A DNA stretch of 64,000 bases from Guillardia theta CCMP2712. Taxonomy: Eukaryota; Protista; Cryptophyta. The notes under the pieces were generated by a model that saw only the letters and a program-made list of their open reading frames with translations, had not been told where the DNA came from and searched no databases. The stretch is taken from assembly GCF_000315625.1 (NCBI RefSeq), contig NW_005434647.1, positions 114,103-178,102 on the forward strand, written 5' to 3'. This document shows, piece by piece, positions 62,544 to 64,000 of the stretch. Made by a program: the position numbers and the translations under genes. How positions within the stretch are numbered: position 1 is the first letter of the stretch; every line of letters begins with the position of its first letter.

Positions 62544-64000
62544 TCAAGGATAAGAAGAAAGATAGCGAGCGGGAGGGAGCACCAGGAAGAAAGGACTGAG
62601 GACAGAGTCTTCTGGGTTCAATAGAATATCCACCTGGATCATCTGATCGATGGAACTTCCGATGGTGACGATGATGGTGGCAAGGAGCCCGACAGTAGAC
62701 ACGAAGGAGATCCTTGCGGCTCTGCAAAGAGACAGTAAGAAGCCTCCCTCCCTCCCTCCCTCCCTCCCTCCCTCCCTCCCTTCTTTCCTTCCTTCGCAAG
62801 CAAGCAAGCATGAAGGTACTTGCCTGCGGATAGGGTTGTCGATAGCAAGATCGTTCTCAAAATGTTTGACAGCAAGAGGATACTGTACATTTCTGAGCAT
62901 CGCCGTTGCCTGCAACGCAAAATTGAACAATTCAGCGAGAATGCTCAGGGAGGAGGGAGGAGGGAGTCGACAAAATCATCGCTATTCAAGGATTGAAGTA
63001 TCATGACACATCAACTGGAAGTTAAGCGAGCGGAGGAGGAAGCGTCCAAGGAGGACAAGATAAGGAACAGCATGTGCCGCTACCCTACAGACGGCTCACC
63101 TTTTCCCAGCTAAACCGCTCAGCAAAGCTCCGGCCTTGCCTTCCCATTCGCTGCAGACGCTGCTTGTCTGCCTTCAGCTGAAGCACATGTCAGAAACCCT
63201 TTTTGGGGCGCACTGTCTCTCCCCTCCATACTCCCTACTCCTCCTTCCACGACTATGGCACAACAACAACACCGCCTCCGCTTCCTCTTCCTCCTTCCAC
63301 TACCTCCACCACTTCCTCTTCTCACCATCTGGATGTGTTGGCTGATGAGGTCTGAGTCCCCAGGGGGCACCAGGAAGCCCGTCTCTCCTTCAGTGATGAG
63401 GTCGGGGATTCCTCCAGCCTTGGCTCCGATCACAGGCACCCCCGACGCCATGCTCTCCAGCACGACGAACCCGAGGGTCTCGCTGTCACTCGGCATGCAG
63501 AAAACATCCGCTGAGGCGAAGGCTCTCCACAACTTCTCTCCTCGCAGCACGCCAGTGAAGACGGTCTTGGTACCCTCAAAGAGCTGCTTCAGGTCCTTCT
63601 CGTAGGGCCCCGTGCCCACAATCGCCAGACGAACATCCGGGTTGGCGTCGAGCACGGCCCGAAGGTCCTGGATCCTCTTCTCCTTGCCCAGCCGGCCGAC
63701 GTAAAGGAGGAGCATTTCGTCAGGGTTGCCGTCGGTCAGCATCCTCCTGGTCTCCTCGTTCCTCCACTTAGGGTTGAAGCTCTCCGTGTCTATCCCCTTC
63801 CTCCAGACCTCCACTCGCTCGATCCCGTGCTCGAGGAACTCCTCCTTCAGCTGAGGGCTGGTGACCAGCGTCAAGTCTGCCTGGTTGTGGATGAGCTTGA
63901 TAGTGAGCCAGGAGATGTCGACGATGAAGGGGACGAAGCCGAGATAGTTGGCCGCGTACACGGGCAGGTGCGTGTGGTATGAGAGCACGAGGGGGATCTG
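62544..64000 (-). CDS. SQD2: Sulfoquinovosyltransferase (SQDG synthase, GT4), 5' part outside window
   Basis: SYHTHLPVY, HNQADLTLVTS, VWRKGIDTESFNP, YVGRLGKEK, FASADVFCMPSDSETLGFVVLESMASG, then exons ERFSWEK|ATAMLRNVQY. The 3' end is approximate. Confidence 0.88.

Noticed and set aside
10662-64000. Possible lipid/plastid cluster (PDAT, RER, ispH, SQD2) and two ribosome-biogenesis genes (URB1, UTP10)
   Set aside because: Different pathways, spread over 50 kb and interleaved with unrelated genes, so coincidence is sufficient

Overview
Eukaryotic, intron-rich nuclear DNA, most likely from the cryptophyte alga Guillardia theta. This is inferred from ~50-nt GT-AG introns, microsatellite-filled longer introns, bipartite plastid presequences and a GtCCR-type channelrhodopsin. 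About 15 spliced genes are recognisable: FMO(+), ZZ/RING E3(-), PDAT(+), URB1(-), DTD-motif cation channelrhodopsin(+), MEF2-type MADS factor(+), RETICULATA/DUF3411(-), CEP164-type WW protein(+), ispH(-), small TM protein(+), PX protein(-), GBP-like GTPase(+), multi-pass receptor-like TKL kinase(-), UTP10(+) and partial SQD2(-). Highlights: (1) about 240 bp downstream of the rhodopsin, a 3' remnant of a Fanzor/TnpB RNA-guided nuclease (VRGLKWC...RDVNAAMNI), followed by a strongly structured candidate omegaRNA and bracketed by a 14-bp direct repeat; (2) the bacteriorhodopsin-like channelrhodopsin itself; (3) a PIF/Harbinger-type MITE with TTA target-site duplication; (4) a 113-bp-arm foldback with nested 31-bp repeats; (5) near-perfect strand alternation, with GGGTA/TACCC-rich islands in every divergent intergenic region and a recurrent TTTACTCAAAGTTAAGTTAAAAATCAGTA-like motif. 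Exon boundaries were read by eye and no database searches were run. Two 100-N assembly gaps are present.
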